A stretch of 64,000 nucleotides of DNA from Caecitellus pseudoparvulus. Taxonomy: Eukaryota; Protista; Bigyra: Bicosoecida. The DNA lies in contig CBFFRQ010000013.1 of NCBI GenBank assembly GCA_965644315.1, positions 310,001 to 374,000 on the forward strand, given 5' to 3'. Position 1 is the stretch's first letter, and each line of letters starts with the position of its first letter. Of this stretch, positions 11,467-27,243 are shown in pieces. A model generated the notes under the pieces. That model had not been told where the DNA came from. It was given only the letters and a program-made list of their open reading frames with translations, and did no database searches. Made by a program: the position numbers and the translations under genes.

Positions 11467-11763
11467 GATAGCAAAGACCTTCGCAGGCGAAATGGAGCTC
11501 TGTGGAGGGCATTGTCGGAGGCGGTGAGGTGCACCTGACGCAATAACATGCAAATTCTACTGCTCCTCGAACTCACATGGGTGGGCGTGCGCTGTAAACT
11601 GGCCGACAGCCTGGCCAACAACCATTGGCGTGGTGAACGGGGGCAAAGGCAGCGGGTGGCACAGCAAGGGGTGGGGGTTCGTAGTGCAAACTGTACCGAC
11701 ACACGCGTGAATTTGCATCCACTGCACGAGTCGCACGCTACGCTGATGCACAAGGGGTGGCAC

Positions 11764-13603
<1,840 letters not shown>

Positions 13604-14111
13604 GTTGGATGCTGTGGGGTTGCAGGGAGCGAAAAGGGCGCAGCAAAAGAGGTATGAGGGCCTCAACTGCGTGGAGCTCAGTCGTGTGGGTTGGGGATGG
13701 TGGGACAATAGGTTTGCGGGCGAGGCGTGATTGGGCCTGGGCTTGGGGTGTGAGGCCCCCCCCCCACCTCCCCACCTCCACCCAATGCACAGCACAACTT
13801 GCACAGCTACCGCATGCCCAGTAGGGAAAACCATGCACTTGTGCTCTGTGTTGTGCATGCCACTAGCCACGCGATGTGTAGTCATGCAGATTGCATTTCC
13901 AGGAGCGAGCGTGCGGGGAGTGACGGAGGAGACCACGCCCCACCTGCCACACACACACACACACCCAGCCAACGAAGCTGCATGCCAAGCCAGCCCCAAC
14001 ACCAGCAACCACAACCAGATGTGATGCCTGTCCTCCACAAGCGCCCCGGGGAGTGCCAGGCACACCCCGGGCTTCGCGAGAGCTGCGTGCCCCCACGGCA
14101 GGTCAGCCAGC

Positions 14112-15115
14112 TTAGTGAGCAGACTTGACCTTGAAGCCACGGGACGCACGGCGGCCACGGGCCTTCTCGAACTTGCGGCCCTTGGAGCGCACGAAGGGCT
14201 TGGCCTTGTTCTCGGCGGCACCGGGGGTACCGAAGTGCTTGTATGCCTCGCGGGCGGTGCGGCGGCCACGCAGCAGCAGGGTGTCCTCGCCCTTGGGGGC
14301 CTCCATGGCCAGCTGGTCGAAGGTCATGACGGAGCCGCCAGCAGCCTCGATGCGGGCACGGGCGCCCTCAGTGACGCGCAGGGCCACCAGCTTGATGGCG
14401 GGGATGTCGTGGCCAGCCAGGCGCACGTCGTCCGTGACGGTGCCGACAACCACCATGTAGTTCTTGGCAGCGACACCGGGCTTGGCGGTGGCGTAGCGCA
14501 GGACGCGGTTCAGGCCCATAGGGGGGCGGTTGTTGCGGGACATCATCAGGCGCTTCAGCACGCGGGCGTTGAAGTCGCTGTCGGTGCGGCGGGCCAGGAA
14601 CTTGTACAGCTTGACCAGCAGGCGCACGTAGATGTTCTCGCTCTTAGGCTCGGTGCGGTTCTTGTGCCCGACGCGGCGGCCGCCGGCAACGAGGTCCTTG
14701 CCCTGAGCAGAAGGGGCGAAACGAACGAGTGCGCTGAGCCAGACAGCGAGGCAGGCAAGACAACGGCCACCCGAGCAGGCACGCGGGGGAGGCAGGGAGC
14801 GAGTGGATGAGCAGCATTGTACCACACTCAAGGGATCTTGCCCGCGACACGCCCATGGCAAACGGAGCATGGCCAACATGCCTGGGTCTGCAGCGGCGTG
14901 CGGAAGTTGACCGCCCGGCAAAACAACGCTCACACTGCAGCGCCAGCCCGAGGAACACTGCAGCTGTCCGGCATGGGTCCAACGACGGTGCCAGAGCAGT
15001 TGTACAGGTTGCCCTAAGCTCACACCTGGTCCACATGCCGCTGCACACCGCTGCCCACCCTGACTGCCCTGCTCAGCTGCCACGACACACACGCCCTGCA
15101 CGAGATACTCACCAT
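14112..15115 (-). CDS. RPL18: 60S ribosomal protein L18 (eL18)
   Basis: ATG-only first coding exon (15115-15113), intron 15112-14703, then [10 protein letters not shown]...[21 protein letters not shown]. Confidence 0.97.
14815..14940 (-). ncRNA. Candidate intronic box H/ACA snoRNA
   Basis: Two hairpins with internal loops, and ACA directly after the second stem. The first pocket is complementary to the conserved SSU rRNA GCG(G/A)A-UG-GCUCA. The H box is non-canonical (AGACCC). Confidence 0.45.
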
Positions 15116-15254
15116 GACTGAAAAGGAGGGAAGCAGAAGTCTCCACAACAAACACCGATGAGGTGCTGTGAACTGTACTGGGCGATGTTGGCCTTGAAAA
15201 GTACTCCGCTGCACGTCTACGTGCGATGGCGAGGTGGTGGTCCTTATTTTTGGT

Positions 15255-15272
15255 GTGCGCGAATGATGCAAA
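15255..15272 (-). promoter_or_regulatory. 18-bp motif TTTGCATCATTCGCGCAC upstream of RPL18
   Basis: Exact copy at 40241-40258 upstream of RPL37, in the same orientation relative to the gene. Confidence 0.6.
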
Positions 15273-15582
15273 GTTACGTGGTAGAGAGACCCAGCGCCAA
15301 CAGCGCCCACAGGACCTTGCGCCACTGCTTCAGGGCACAGGGGGTGCATTAAAGGGGAGAAAGGGGTCGATTCCTCGTCCGTTTCACTTTCGTGTTCCAC
15401 CCTCGACTCCACCTGCTCGGGCTGCGCTGAGGACTTCCAAGACAGAAGGTAGCACCAGCTCCACACACGGAGCGTGAAGGCCGTTCGAGCCACACTAGCA
15501 GGGCAGCAGTGTCAACAAGCATCCGACTTGCCCCTTGAGCAGGAGCTCCACCACCCCGTGCGTTGCCAAGCGCCTGCGGTGC

Positions 15583-16279
15583 TCACTTGTCGCTCCCCGC
15601 GTTGCCACGTCGCCCGCCACGACGCCCGCCGCGACCACCTCCACGGCCACCGCCACGACCCCGGCCACGGCCTCGGCCGCCCCCACGGCTGCCTCCTCGG
15701 CCGCCCCCACGGCCGCCGCCTCGAGTGCCAGTGCGGCCTCGGCCCCGTCCGCGGCCGCGCCCGCCTGTCTTGGCCCCAGCAGTGTGCTCTGGCACTTGGT
15801 CCACGAGCTCGTTGGGCACACGCATGTACTTAATGGCTGTGCCCCTCACGTATGCTTCTGGGAGCTTCCAAAACCGCTCTCCATCCTGGGATTCGCGGGG
15901 TGCACAGATTGCAAGTGCCGAGAGCAGAGCAGGCGGCCACGCAACAGTGCCACCCAACTCACCTTGGACGTGCAGATGACGTCCTTGAGGTTGATGTTCA
16001 TGTACGAGTCACAGCTGTCCAGGATGCCATTGTACGTGTCGCCATTCTTCAGCTCCACCAGCTGCCGAGGTGCGTGGGGCCCGGCGAAAGGTATGCGTCG
16101 TGTTGGCGTTGGCGAGGCGCAAAATCCGCAACGCACCATGGGCTGGTTCTTCGCTGTGCGCAGCAGGTTCAGGGGCAGCTGTGGAGGGGACGGGAGACGT
16201 GGGTGTCGTGGGGTATTCACACTCGCATGCAGGGCTGCTTGCAGGCCTCTGTCACGCAGAGCCGGCAGTCGCTCACCAT
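15583..16279 (-). CDS. LSM4: U6 snRNA-associated Sm-like protein LSm4
   Basis: ATG|[14 protein letters not shown]|[12 protein letters not shown]...TSK|[15 protein letters not shown] with an RGG-rich tail. Three introns. Confidence 0.95.
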
Positions 16280-16516
16280 GGTGCTGGTGTTTTCAGTGGC
16301 TCTGTCAATGAGCAGAGGCGAGGCCGAGAATGAAGCTCGGCAAAACCCACAGCACAAGGAACATCGCGGGTGCAATCAGTTTGAGTGCAGTTTTCTTGAG
16401 CCACTCGGCGAGCACTGCGGACGTGGCCCCTTCACGCGCGTGTCACACCTGCGGATATTGAAGCCTCGGCTCGCTGCCAGACCGAGCTGTGACGCCTGAC
16501 GATTCGCGACACAGTC

Positions 16517-18187
16517 ATGTACGCGGCGCAGATTCGTCGGCTTGCATGTCCTGGTGCACGCTTCTGCCGTGCCTTGGCCAGGCCCCTGGGCACGGCTTCC
16601 CTGCCTCATGCGACAGCAAACTTGCCAGAGCTGGTGCTGGGCAGCCAGCTCTGTCCCGAGCTGCAGCACAGCAGCCCCGCAGGGGACAGCGACACCCTCG
16701 TGGTCGTCGCAGACACGCACGCCGACGCATTCCTCCCTGGCCTTGACCTCCCTGCCTCTGCCCTGAAGGTACGCTGCGCCCGCTCTCGCTTTGCGCACCA
16801 AATCCGTCACTCCGCCCCCTGACCCGAAGCGCAGGCACTGGGAGATGCCAAGGCCGGCACATCCTTCACAGTGCAGGGCGCAGCCTCCGCCCTGACGGTT
16901 GTGGTGGTGCCAGGCGACGGCCCTCATGCCGCGTTTCAGGCGGCGGCTGGCGTCGGCACCGCTGTGCGCGGCATGGCTAGCAGCCGCGCACGAACGCCTC
17001 AGCTGCAGGTGCAGGTCAGTGAGGGCGTCTGCCCCACATCCACCCTGCGTGCCGCCGCCTTGGGCAACTACACCTTCCCCTTCTACAAAAGTGACCCGGG
17101 TGCGGGCGGGTATGCTGGGTTGGCGTGTGACTCCGCCCCTGACCCGGCGGCGCTGGCACTGCTGCAGGCAGACATCACCGGCAGCACCCTCGCGCGGCAC
17201 CTGGGCAACCTGCGTGGGGGGGAGGTGAACCCTGGCGCCCTCGGTGACATGGCCGCGGCCCTGGTGGCCCAGGACCCCGCCTTGGCCTCTGTCAGCATTG
17301 TGCGGGGGCTGGATGAGGTGCGGGCTCAGGGATGGCACTGCTTGGCAGGGGTGGGCGCTGCCTCCGCCTCTGCTCCCCTCGCCCAGCAGCCTGCCATGAT
17401 CCACGTGCAGTACAGGGGTGCCAGGGGCGGGGGTCCCCCGCCCCTGGCCCTGGTGGGCAAGGGCATCACGTTCGACACCGGCGGCCTGCACCTGAAGCCG
17501 TCTGGGGCCATTGAGAACATGCACCTGGACATGGGCGGCGCGGCTGCCGTGCTGGGCGCCCTGGCCTCCCTCATGCACAGCAAGCCGGCCGTGGACGTGG
17601 ACCTGCTCATTCCGGCGGCAGAGAACGCCGTGTCTGCGACAGCGTACAGGCCGCTGGACATCCTGCGGTCCAAGGCGGGCAAGACGGTGGAGGTGGGCAA
17701 CACGGATGCAGAGGGGCGCCTGGCCCTCGTGGATGCGTTCCACCTGGCGCAGACTGCGCACGCCGCCCCGCCAGGGGCGCTGGTTGACGTGGCCACGCTC
17801 ACAGGGGCCTGTGTCGTGGCGCTGGGACACCATGCTGCAGGCCTCTTTAGCAAGGACCCTGCCTTCCAGCACCGTGTGCAGAGCGCGGGGGAGGCTGTGG
17901 GGGAGCGCCTGTGGCCCCTTCCGCTGCTGCCGCAGCACGAAGAGGAGATCACCACCGGCTCCAAGCATGCAGATTTGATGTCCATCGGCGCAGGGCGGGA
18001 AGCTGGCGCCAGCACCGCTGCTGCGTTCTTGGCGCAGTTCATCGAACCAGGCGTGGCCTGGGCTCACCTGGACATTGCAGGCCCAGGCATGCTGCCCAAG
18101 CCACACGGCGTGCACCCAGCGGGAGGCACGGGCTTTGCAGCTCAAACCCTGGCTGAGCTGGCGCGCCGCTCAGGCACAGTCGCGTGA
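16517..18187 (+). CDS. Leucyl aminopeptidase, M17 family (mitochondrial-like presequence)
   Basis: Intron 16769-16834. Motifs VGKGITFDTGG, DMGG, NTDAEGRL, ATLTGA and HLDIAG. Confidence 0.93.
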
Positions 18188-18369
18188 GGCGCGCAAAAAC
18201 AACACACGCCAATGCACCTGCAGGTAGCAGTCTGTCACTCCCTTTGCTGCAATCATAGTCAGGTTTATGCGGTGCCGCTGCACTTGACTCGTTGCACTCC
18301 AAGGCCTCCCGTGCACGGAGCATTCCGCGAAACCCTCGACCAGCACGCCAACTGCCCCTTGCGCCCTGC

Positions 18370-20932
18370 ATGGCGGACCCTTGGCCTGAGCAAAGGTCCC
18401 AGGCACTGCCTCAGCTGTCCTTGACCAAGTCAACCAGCACCGGGGATGATGACTGGACTTCCCCCCAGGTGCACAGGTGCCTGCCCGCTGAAACGCTCTC
18501 GCTGCGGGCCACCAACGTGCCGGCCCCTGCCAGCACCAAGGCGCCTCTGAGCCTGCCAGCAGCCTCGCTGAGTGAGGGAAAGCCCGACAAGGCGCCCTCA
18601 GGCCTGCAGCGCATGACCTCTGGCTACGTCGAGGACGCCCCCAGCCTGCCAGCCTCGTCCCTGCTCAGCACTTCAGCAGGTGCCCTGGCTCAGCCAAGCA
18701 CGGCTGCTGCACCCAGCGAGGAGTACCAGCCATGGGCTGCTGTGAAGACTGGTGAGTGTGCAGTGCTTTGCGCGCATGCCGAGGCCCAGCGCTGCACTGG
18801 CTCGCCACACGCCCGTGTCTGCTCTTCCCACGTGCAGCACCTTCCGCATTCGACACGGAAGTGCCGCTGCCGCTGACCAGCTCCCACGTGTTCGGCTCCA
18901 AGGCACGCATCATGAGGACAACCCAAGACATCCTGCAAGATGCAGGGGTTACAGTGACTGCCCAGGCGCAGGATTGGTCGGTGCGTGTGCCGCGCAGCGT
19001 GCATGCCAACCTCAGCGCCTTTCCCCGCAACGCCAGCACGACCCACGCACCCTTTGGCCACAGATGGCGTGCTTTCACTTTGACGGCCACGACGCGTGCG
19101 AGTTCCAGGTGTCCCTGTTCTCCTACGGCACAGCCCCCCAGCATTTCATCATGGAGTTGAAACGCACAGTGGGCGCGTCAGCGTCCAGCGCAGGTGGCCT
19201 GCTCCTGGGCCGCCTCTTCCACCACACCCTCACACACCTGCAGCAGCGCGGCATCGCCGCCAGGGCCAGCCACGGCGCGCCCACCTCTGCCCTCCTTGGC
19301 ACGCCAGCGCCTGGCACAGCTGCCTCCGTGGCCGCTCACAAAGCCTCCCTCGGCGGCCACGTGGAGGACGAAGGCGCTGACTTGCTCAGCGGCCTGGCCG
19401 GCACCGCCTCCGCCGCGGACCTGCTGGGCTCCCTGCAGTCCAAGGCGCGCAGCCTGCCCCGCTGGCACTCTGGCAGCGACTTGCTTGGCGGCCGCGCCCG
19501 CAGCTTCTCAGCACGGCAGGAAGAGGCAGTGGCCGCCCCCGGGCAGAGCGGCAGCATGATGCACGCCCTGCGCAACATGCGCAGCCAGCGCCAGCTGCCG
19601 CAGGCCGAGGCGGTCCCCCCTGCCGCCCGCCTGGAAAGCGCCACGGAGACGCTGCAGGCTGGCGTGCCGGGCTTGGCGTCCACCTCTGCTGGCGGGCTGG
19701 ACCCGGAGGCCCTCTCAGCAGCCCAGGCGGCCGGCGCTAGCCTCACCGTGGCCCAGAGCAAGGCGCTGTGGGCCCCCATCACAGCCATGCTGGCGCACGG
19801 CGGCGCGCCGCAGAAGGAGGAGGCGGTGCGGGTGCTGGCGGCGCTGTCCCGCTCCCCCGCCAACCACGACAGCATCGTCAAGGCACGCCTGCCAGTGCTG
19901 CTGGGGGACATGATGGGCCTGACGCACCTGACGGGGCAGGGCGCCACGCCAGCGGTGCCCGCCCCCACCCCGCCCACGCAGCGCAGCACCCTGCAGGCCC
20001 CCCACGCTCTGCTGGCTGCGGGCGGCAAGGTGTACAAGGCGGGCCGGGGCCTGTCCCGCGTCGGCCGAGCGCTGGCTGTGGCCATGGTGGCCAACCTCAC
20101 CCGCTCCCCCGTGGGCATGGCCGCCATGCAGGACAACGGCATCCTGCCTGCCCTGCAGCGCCTGTGGCAGGAGGACAAGGCGGCAGAGGGCAGCGCCGAA
20201 CTGGCGGCGGCGGCGGCGGCAGCTGTGGCAGGGGCGGTGGACCCCGCCACGGCCGACTTGGTGGCCCACATGACGGGCAGCGACCGCCCAGACACGGCCT
20301 CAGACACGGGCACGGTGGGCGAGAGCGAGGGGGAGGGGGAGGAGGGCGGCGGCATCACCCTGGACGTGGCGCCGCCCCCTGCCCCCGTCCCCCGCGCTGC
20401 CACGACGCAGGCCGGCAGCGGGCAGGCCGGGCCCCCCCTTGGCCGCAGCAAGTCGTCCCCCGTCACCTCCCTCCTGTCCGGCGTGCGCAGCACCTGGTCC
20501 TCCGCCCGTGCCGGCGTCCGCGCAGGCGTCTTCAAGGCCTTCGTCATGTCGAAGGTGGAGGCCGTCCTAAGCGCTGCGCGGGCTGTCGCCACGGGTGCGC
20601 CCCCCGCCTCCACCACACCCCTCACGCCTGCGCCGGCCAGGGATGCGCGCCCCGTGCAAGCACACCGCCCCCTGCAGCGAGCAGTGTCCTGGAGCGTCGC
20701 GCCGCGGGGGGTGGCGGCAGGGCAGCCTGTCGCCACCATCGACGGCGTGGGGGCGCACTCCCCCCCGACGCAGGGGCTGGTGGGCGTGGACTTGGCGCGG
20801 GAGCTGCAGGCTCTGCCGCCGGCGCCACGGGAGCCGGCCGCCCTCACGCCTGCATCCACGGGCGAGGCGGGGCTGTCGGACAGCACGTCCCCGGCAGCAC
20901 CTCGAGGCGGGCGCCAGGCAGTCCTCGCCTAG
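18370..20932 (+). CDS. Hypothetical protein with KA1-like and ARM-like segments
   Basis: Introns 18752-18837 and 18981-19063 join in frame. EFQVSLFS...HFIMELKRTVG is KA1-like and KEEAVRVLAALSRS...MVANLT is ARM-like. Confidence 0.55.
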
Positions 20933-21080
20933 TCCCCCTCCCGCCCTGCCTCGCTGCTTCATGTCTCCAATGCACCCCTTGTCGCGGACAGGGCAGACAC
21001 CGCCGCACTTTCCAACAGGCCATGTCCGCAGGGGAAAGCAGACCCGCGTCGTGGGGGCTTGCCCGTGACGCCTGCGAGCC

Positions 21081-22617
21081 ATGGCAACGCTACCCATGTT
21101 CTTCGGGGGGAAGGGCGGCGGCAGCGGCCAGGGGGCTTCCCCTGGCGCAGCCGCGGCAGGCCAGCCAAGCTTCGGGTCTGACCCGCTGCAGCGCGCCTTC
21201 GCCGCCAGCATGCAGCGGGCCAAGCACCAGCACGAAGCGCAGATGGCTGTGAAACGCCTGGCTGAGCAGCAAGGCCTGGACATCACCCCACCCAAGGCCC
21301 CCGGCAAGGACGCCACGCCTGCGCAACGGGAGGCGTACGAGCATGCCAAGATGCTGCACACAGACTTGCTGAACCGACTCGCAACTGAGGCGATGATTCT
21401 CGAGAGCCAGCAGTGTGAAAGTGATCGAAAACGAGCCAGGGACGCTGCCATGCAGTCCCTGACAACGGAGGGTGCTCTGTGCTCTGCAGACTGCTTTCAC
21501 GAGGTGTGTGCGCCGCTGAAACACTCGTGAAACGCGACGCCTCCCACAGCACTGCTGAGCCCTAACCCCGGTGCCCCTTCGCAGTCCATCCTGCGGGCCT
21601 GGTGCATGAACTTGCTGGAGTTCCTGGTGGAGCTTGACCGGCGCGCAGGCGTCTTGCCAGAGGCACCCACCACCCACAAACGTGTTGCCCGGGCATTCGT
21701 GAGTGCCGGAGGCAAGCGACTGCCCAAGCCAGTGGGCACAGTCGTGCGCGAGGTGACTGTGGACATTCCTTTTGCAGTGCGCCGTCATGGACCCCGTGCG
21801 TGCCTCTGCTGCGCCCAGCCCCCCGCAACAGCTCCCGCAGCCCAAACCGCCTGCGCCCACAGTGGACTTGGCTCTGGACGACACCACAGTAGCCCACAGG
21901 CCTCAGTCGCTGACGTGCCTGCCGCCGTGGGTCCACCCCGACTCCACAGCGCCGTTGACCACCTTGAGCAAGGAGTCAGGCAAGCTGCTGCCTCTGCCCT
22001 GCCTGCTGCCTGGCGACCGTGTGATGTCTGTGGGGGGCCGCCGTGTGGCCCCTGGAGGGGGGGGTGCGGCCGCCCTGACGGAGGCACTGCAAGGGCTGGC
22101 CCCCGTGGCCCCCCCGGCACCCCTCGCCCCAGAGGACCCCGACGAAGTCTCCGCCGCACCTGTGTACGACCCCAGTGTCTTGGTGGTTGTGCGGCGGGTG
22201 AGCAGTGCCTCGCGGGGGGCAGAAGGAGACCCCACGCGTAGCGCCTGGGCCCAGGCAGCAGGGGGGGGGCTCGCCCTCCCAGCCGTGCGCAAGGCTGTCG
22301 TGGAGCTGTTGCTGCTGGAGCGGCAACTGTTGAATTTCTACCCCGAGCCGGGAGCCAGGTATGCCGTTGCCATGGCCTGTCGCCTGGATGCAATCGCGCT
22401 GGCGGGCTCTGCCGAGACGCTCCTGGCAGCCCTGGGGGAGGAACACAGGCGCCTGATGGAGGGCTTGTTTTTGGACCTCAGTGACGACCACACGAAGCTG
22501 CCTCGCTTCCTGCTGCCCTTCAACCGGTCCAGCGTGCGGGGGGGCGCGCCGGCCGCGGCGGCTGAGGCTGGCGCTGCGGCGGAAGGCGGTGATGACGAGG
22601 TCATCATCATCGACTGA
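21081..22617 (+). CDS. Hypothetical protein ending in a SIM-like DDEVIIID
   Basis: Three ORF-track fragments join in phase 0 through introns 21504-21584 (CTAAC branch point) and 21699-21777. Confidence 0.55.
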
Positions 22618-22648
22618 CTGGCAGAGGCGGAGGGCAGTCACAATTTAA

Positions 22649-24466
<1,818 letters not shown>

Positions 24467-24468
<2 letters not shown>

Positions 24469-24474
24469 TGCATT
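24467..24474. terminator. Palindromic AATGCATT, candidate bidirectional polyadenylation signal
   Basis: Overlaps the GSR TAA stop and lies 44 nt beyond the convergent CobW stop at 24519. Confidence 0.55.
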
Positions 24475-24518
24475 GCTGCGTCTGCGAGCGGGGTGCACCC
24501 TGCCCAGCACAGCCACTC

Positions 24519-26243
24519 CTAGCGCCGCTTGTGGAGGCCCCCCGCCTCAGCGCCTGCGTCCCCGCCCTCCTCCACCGGCACCTCCAAGCAGGCCTCCAAA
24601 CCAGCTTGCAGCTGGGCCACTGTGGAGGCGTCCAGGTCTCGCCCAATGAGCACCAGGCAGGGGATGCGCCCCCTCCCCGCGTCGTGCCTGTGCACGCCCG
24701 CCGTGTCGGGGTCCGTGCCGGGCGGGTGCGTGTCAGGCAACCACTCGCCAACCTGACCCCCTGGAGGGGGGGCTGACCCCCCCTCCGCAGCCCCCTCCGC
24801 ACCCACCTCCACATATTCCCCGTACAGCTCTGCATGCACGCCTTGCACGACGAATGCCGCGGCGGCGCCCGTGTCTGGGTGCCGCACGGGCAAGATGCCC
24901 TTCACACGGTACAGCGAAGCCCACCGCTCACGCAAGAGGTGCTGCAGCCACTTCATGACGGCAGGCACAGACAGGGTGGCGTGTGGGTGGGGCGTGAACA
25001 GAGTGGCGCTGGTGATGGTGTCTGTGTGGTCATGGGCGTGTGTGTGAGGGCGGGAGTGGGAGTGGGAGTGCCCCCCCTCGTCGGCCGTGGCAGCGGCGGG
25101 CTGGGGCGTGGGCAAGCCCACGTGTGCCACAGTGTCCAGGTCAAAAGCAGAGACACCTAGAATTTCCTCACAGGGGATGTCAGAGTGCGTCGTGGGCTTG
25201 ATGTCGGCGCAGGCGTTGAGCTTGCGCAGCACTGCCCGCACACCGGCCAGGTGGCGTGGAGACACCAAGTCACACTTGTTCAGGAGGATGATGTCAGCTG
25301 CTGCCAGCTGCTGCTGTGCCTCCACCGTGCGTGGGCGCGAGGCGAGGGGCCACCAGGTGGAGGGCGCCTCGGGCGCCGCCGCTGCGGCTGCCGCGCACTG
25401 CTCAGCTCCCAGGTGCCAGAGGATGTTCTTGGCGTCCACAACCGTGACGACGGCATCCAGGGTGTACCGGCTGCGCGCCATGCGGGAGGAGAAGAGCGTC
25501 GCCACCAGGGGGCCCGGGTCCGCCATGCCGCTGGTCTCGATGACGACGTAGTCGAAGCGCCCGTCTCGCAGCAAGTCGACTAGCTTGGCGAGGCAGCGCT
25601 CCAGCTCATCCCCAGGGCCGCCCGCGGAGCAGCACATGCAGCCGTTGGCCAGGACCATGACGCCATCCCCTCGCTCGTCCTTGGCGTTCCTGTGGTGGCC
25701 GAGGCGGGCTGGTGGGGGTGCGTCTGCGCCTGCGGGCTTGGTCGCTGGGCACGCACTTGAGCAGTTTGTGGTCGATGCTGATGGACCCGAACTCGTTCTC
25801 AATGACGACCACCTTCAGGCCATGCCCTTCTCGATTCGCCAAGATGTGGTTCACCAACGTCGTTTTGCCTGAGCCCGGGGGAGCGGAGGGGGGGCGTGCC
25901 GCATGCTGTGTTGCGTGCGGAAATTGCACCACGCACCACTGCCCAAGAAGCCAGTGATGATGGTCACTGGCGTGCGTTTTGGTGCTTTAGCAGATATGCT
26001 CAGTGTGGATGCCTTGTCGTCCGATGCCTTGGCGTCTTCCTGGTCTGCTGCGCTCCCGCTCGCCGCCAGCTCCGCTGTCAGAGAGGAGATGCGGCTGGCC
26101 CTGCATCGCCTCGAAATCAGCACGATGACGTTGGCCAGCACCAGCGTCCCCACGATGAACGCCGCAGCCAGCCAGGGGGACTGCTCCCCCAGCCAGTGGT
26201 AGAAGGGGGCCCACACCGACACGCTTCCGTCACTGCCTGCCAT
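24519..26243 (-). CDS. CobW/COG0523 (ZNG1-like) zinc metallochaperone GTPase with N-terminal TM helix
   Basis: ITGFLGS|GKTT Walker A, IENEFG, NGCMCC, IETSG, NKCD, His-rich linker and YRVKG CobW_C motif. Two introns. Confidence 0.9.
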
Positions 26244-26596
26244 CCCAGCAGAGTCGCCTTTCACGGCCAAGCACCTATGGCAACGGCGCAACCAGAGCCA
26301 GCGCAGGTGCAAGGGGATCAAGCTCTGAAGCGAGTGTGCGGCTTGGCCTTGTGCAGTGTGCAGCCTCGGGGCGTCAAGGCTTGAGCGCGGAGGCACGTGT
26401 GATGTGGAGAGCTGGCTTGTTTGCGCCGGCGAGCACAGCTTGCCTTCCCCGAACCCACTCTCCACCCAGCGCACCACCCTGCACAAGCCCGCGTGCAAGG
26501 GCGCACTTGCCACGGTCCACACAGCCAACATGTGCAAGTGCATTTCGATGGCGGGAGCGGCGCCACTGGCACCGCCCCCACGAACCATCTGAGCGC

Positions 26597-26928
26597 CTAC
26601 ACATCGTAGTGCTTGCTCAGCTTGGCCTCCAGCTCCTCCACAGTGTGCTTGATCTCATCGCAAGAGGCGCCCACCTGCAGGGAGGCTTGGGCCTTGGAGG
26701 CGGCGTCCTGTGGCGTGGCGGCGTGCGGGCGCAGCGTGAGCAGCGAGGTGCGGAAGTAGCCAGCGCCACAGCGACACGCACGGGCGCAAACAGCACAGCG
26801 AGCTGCTGCCACTCGACAGACAGCAAGACAGGGCCCAGGAGGGACAGCTGCCGGGCAGGTGCTGCAGTTGGTGCCAGTGCCTTGGCAGTGGTGCGCACGA
26901 TGGCGCGGGCGGCGAGGGAGGCAGCCAT
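26597..26928 (-). CDS. Small hypothetical protein with mitochondrial-like presequence
   Basis: MAASLAARAIVRTTAKALAP... spliced (GTGCGT...CCACAG) to DAASKAQASLQ...LSKHYDV. About 90 aa. Confidence 0.55.
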
Positions 26929-27243
26929 GGTGCTGGGCAGATCTGCTGCTGGGGCTGAGACGGCGATGCCGGGCTGTTGACGTGGATTAGATGTGGGTGG
27001 GGCAGTGGCATTTGTGTGTTGATGCTTGTTGTGCATGAGCTTTCGGCATTCCCTCCCGCTTGCGGGGTGTGACCATGAATGAAAGGGAGGTCATGCCCGT
27101 GCGCAGATCAGCCTCAGACGCTCCTCCCTAGAGCTGCTTTACCCGCTCTGTTAGGTTGCTCACGTGCTTTTCTCAACCTGCCGTAAGGAACGCGCCCGAG
27201 GAATCAGCATGCATTGCCGTGGAACTGTGTCGGCTGCTGCGGC

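Noticed and set aside
13948-13963. (CA)n tract, also (CAGTG)4 near 59667 and the RGG/HS-coding repeats
   Set aside because: Ordinary microsatellites or low-complexity coding sequence; no CRISPR-like repeat-spacer structure.
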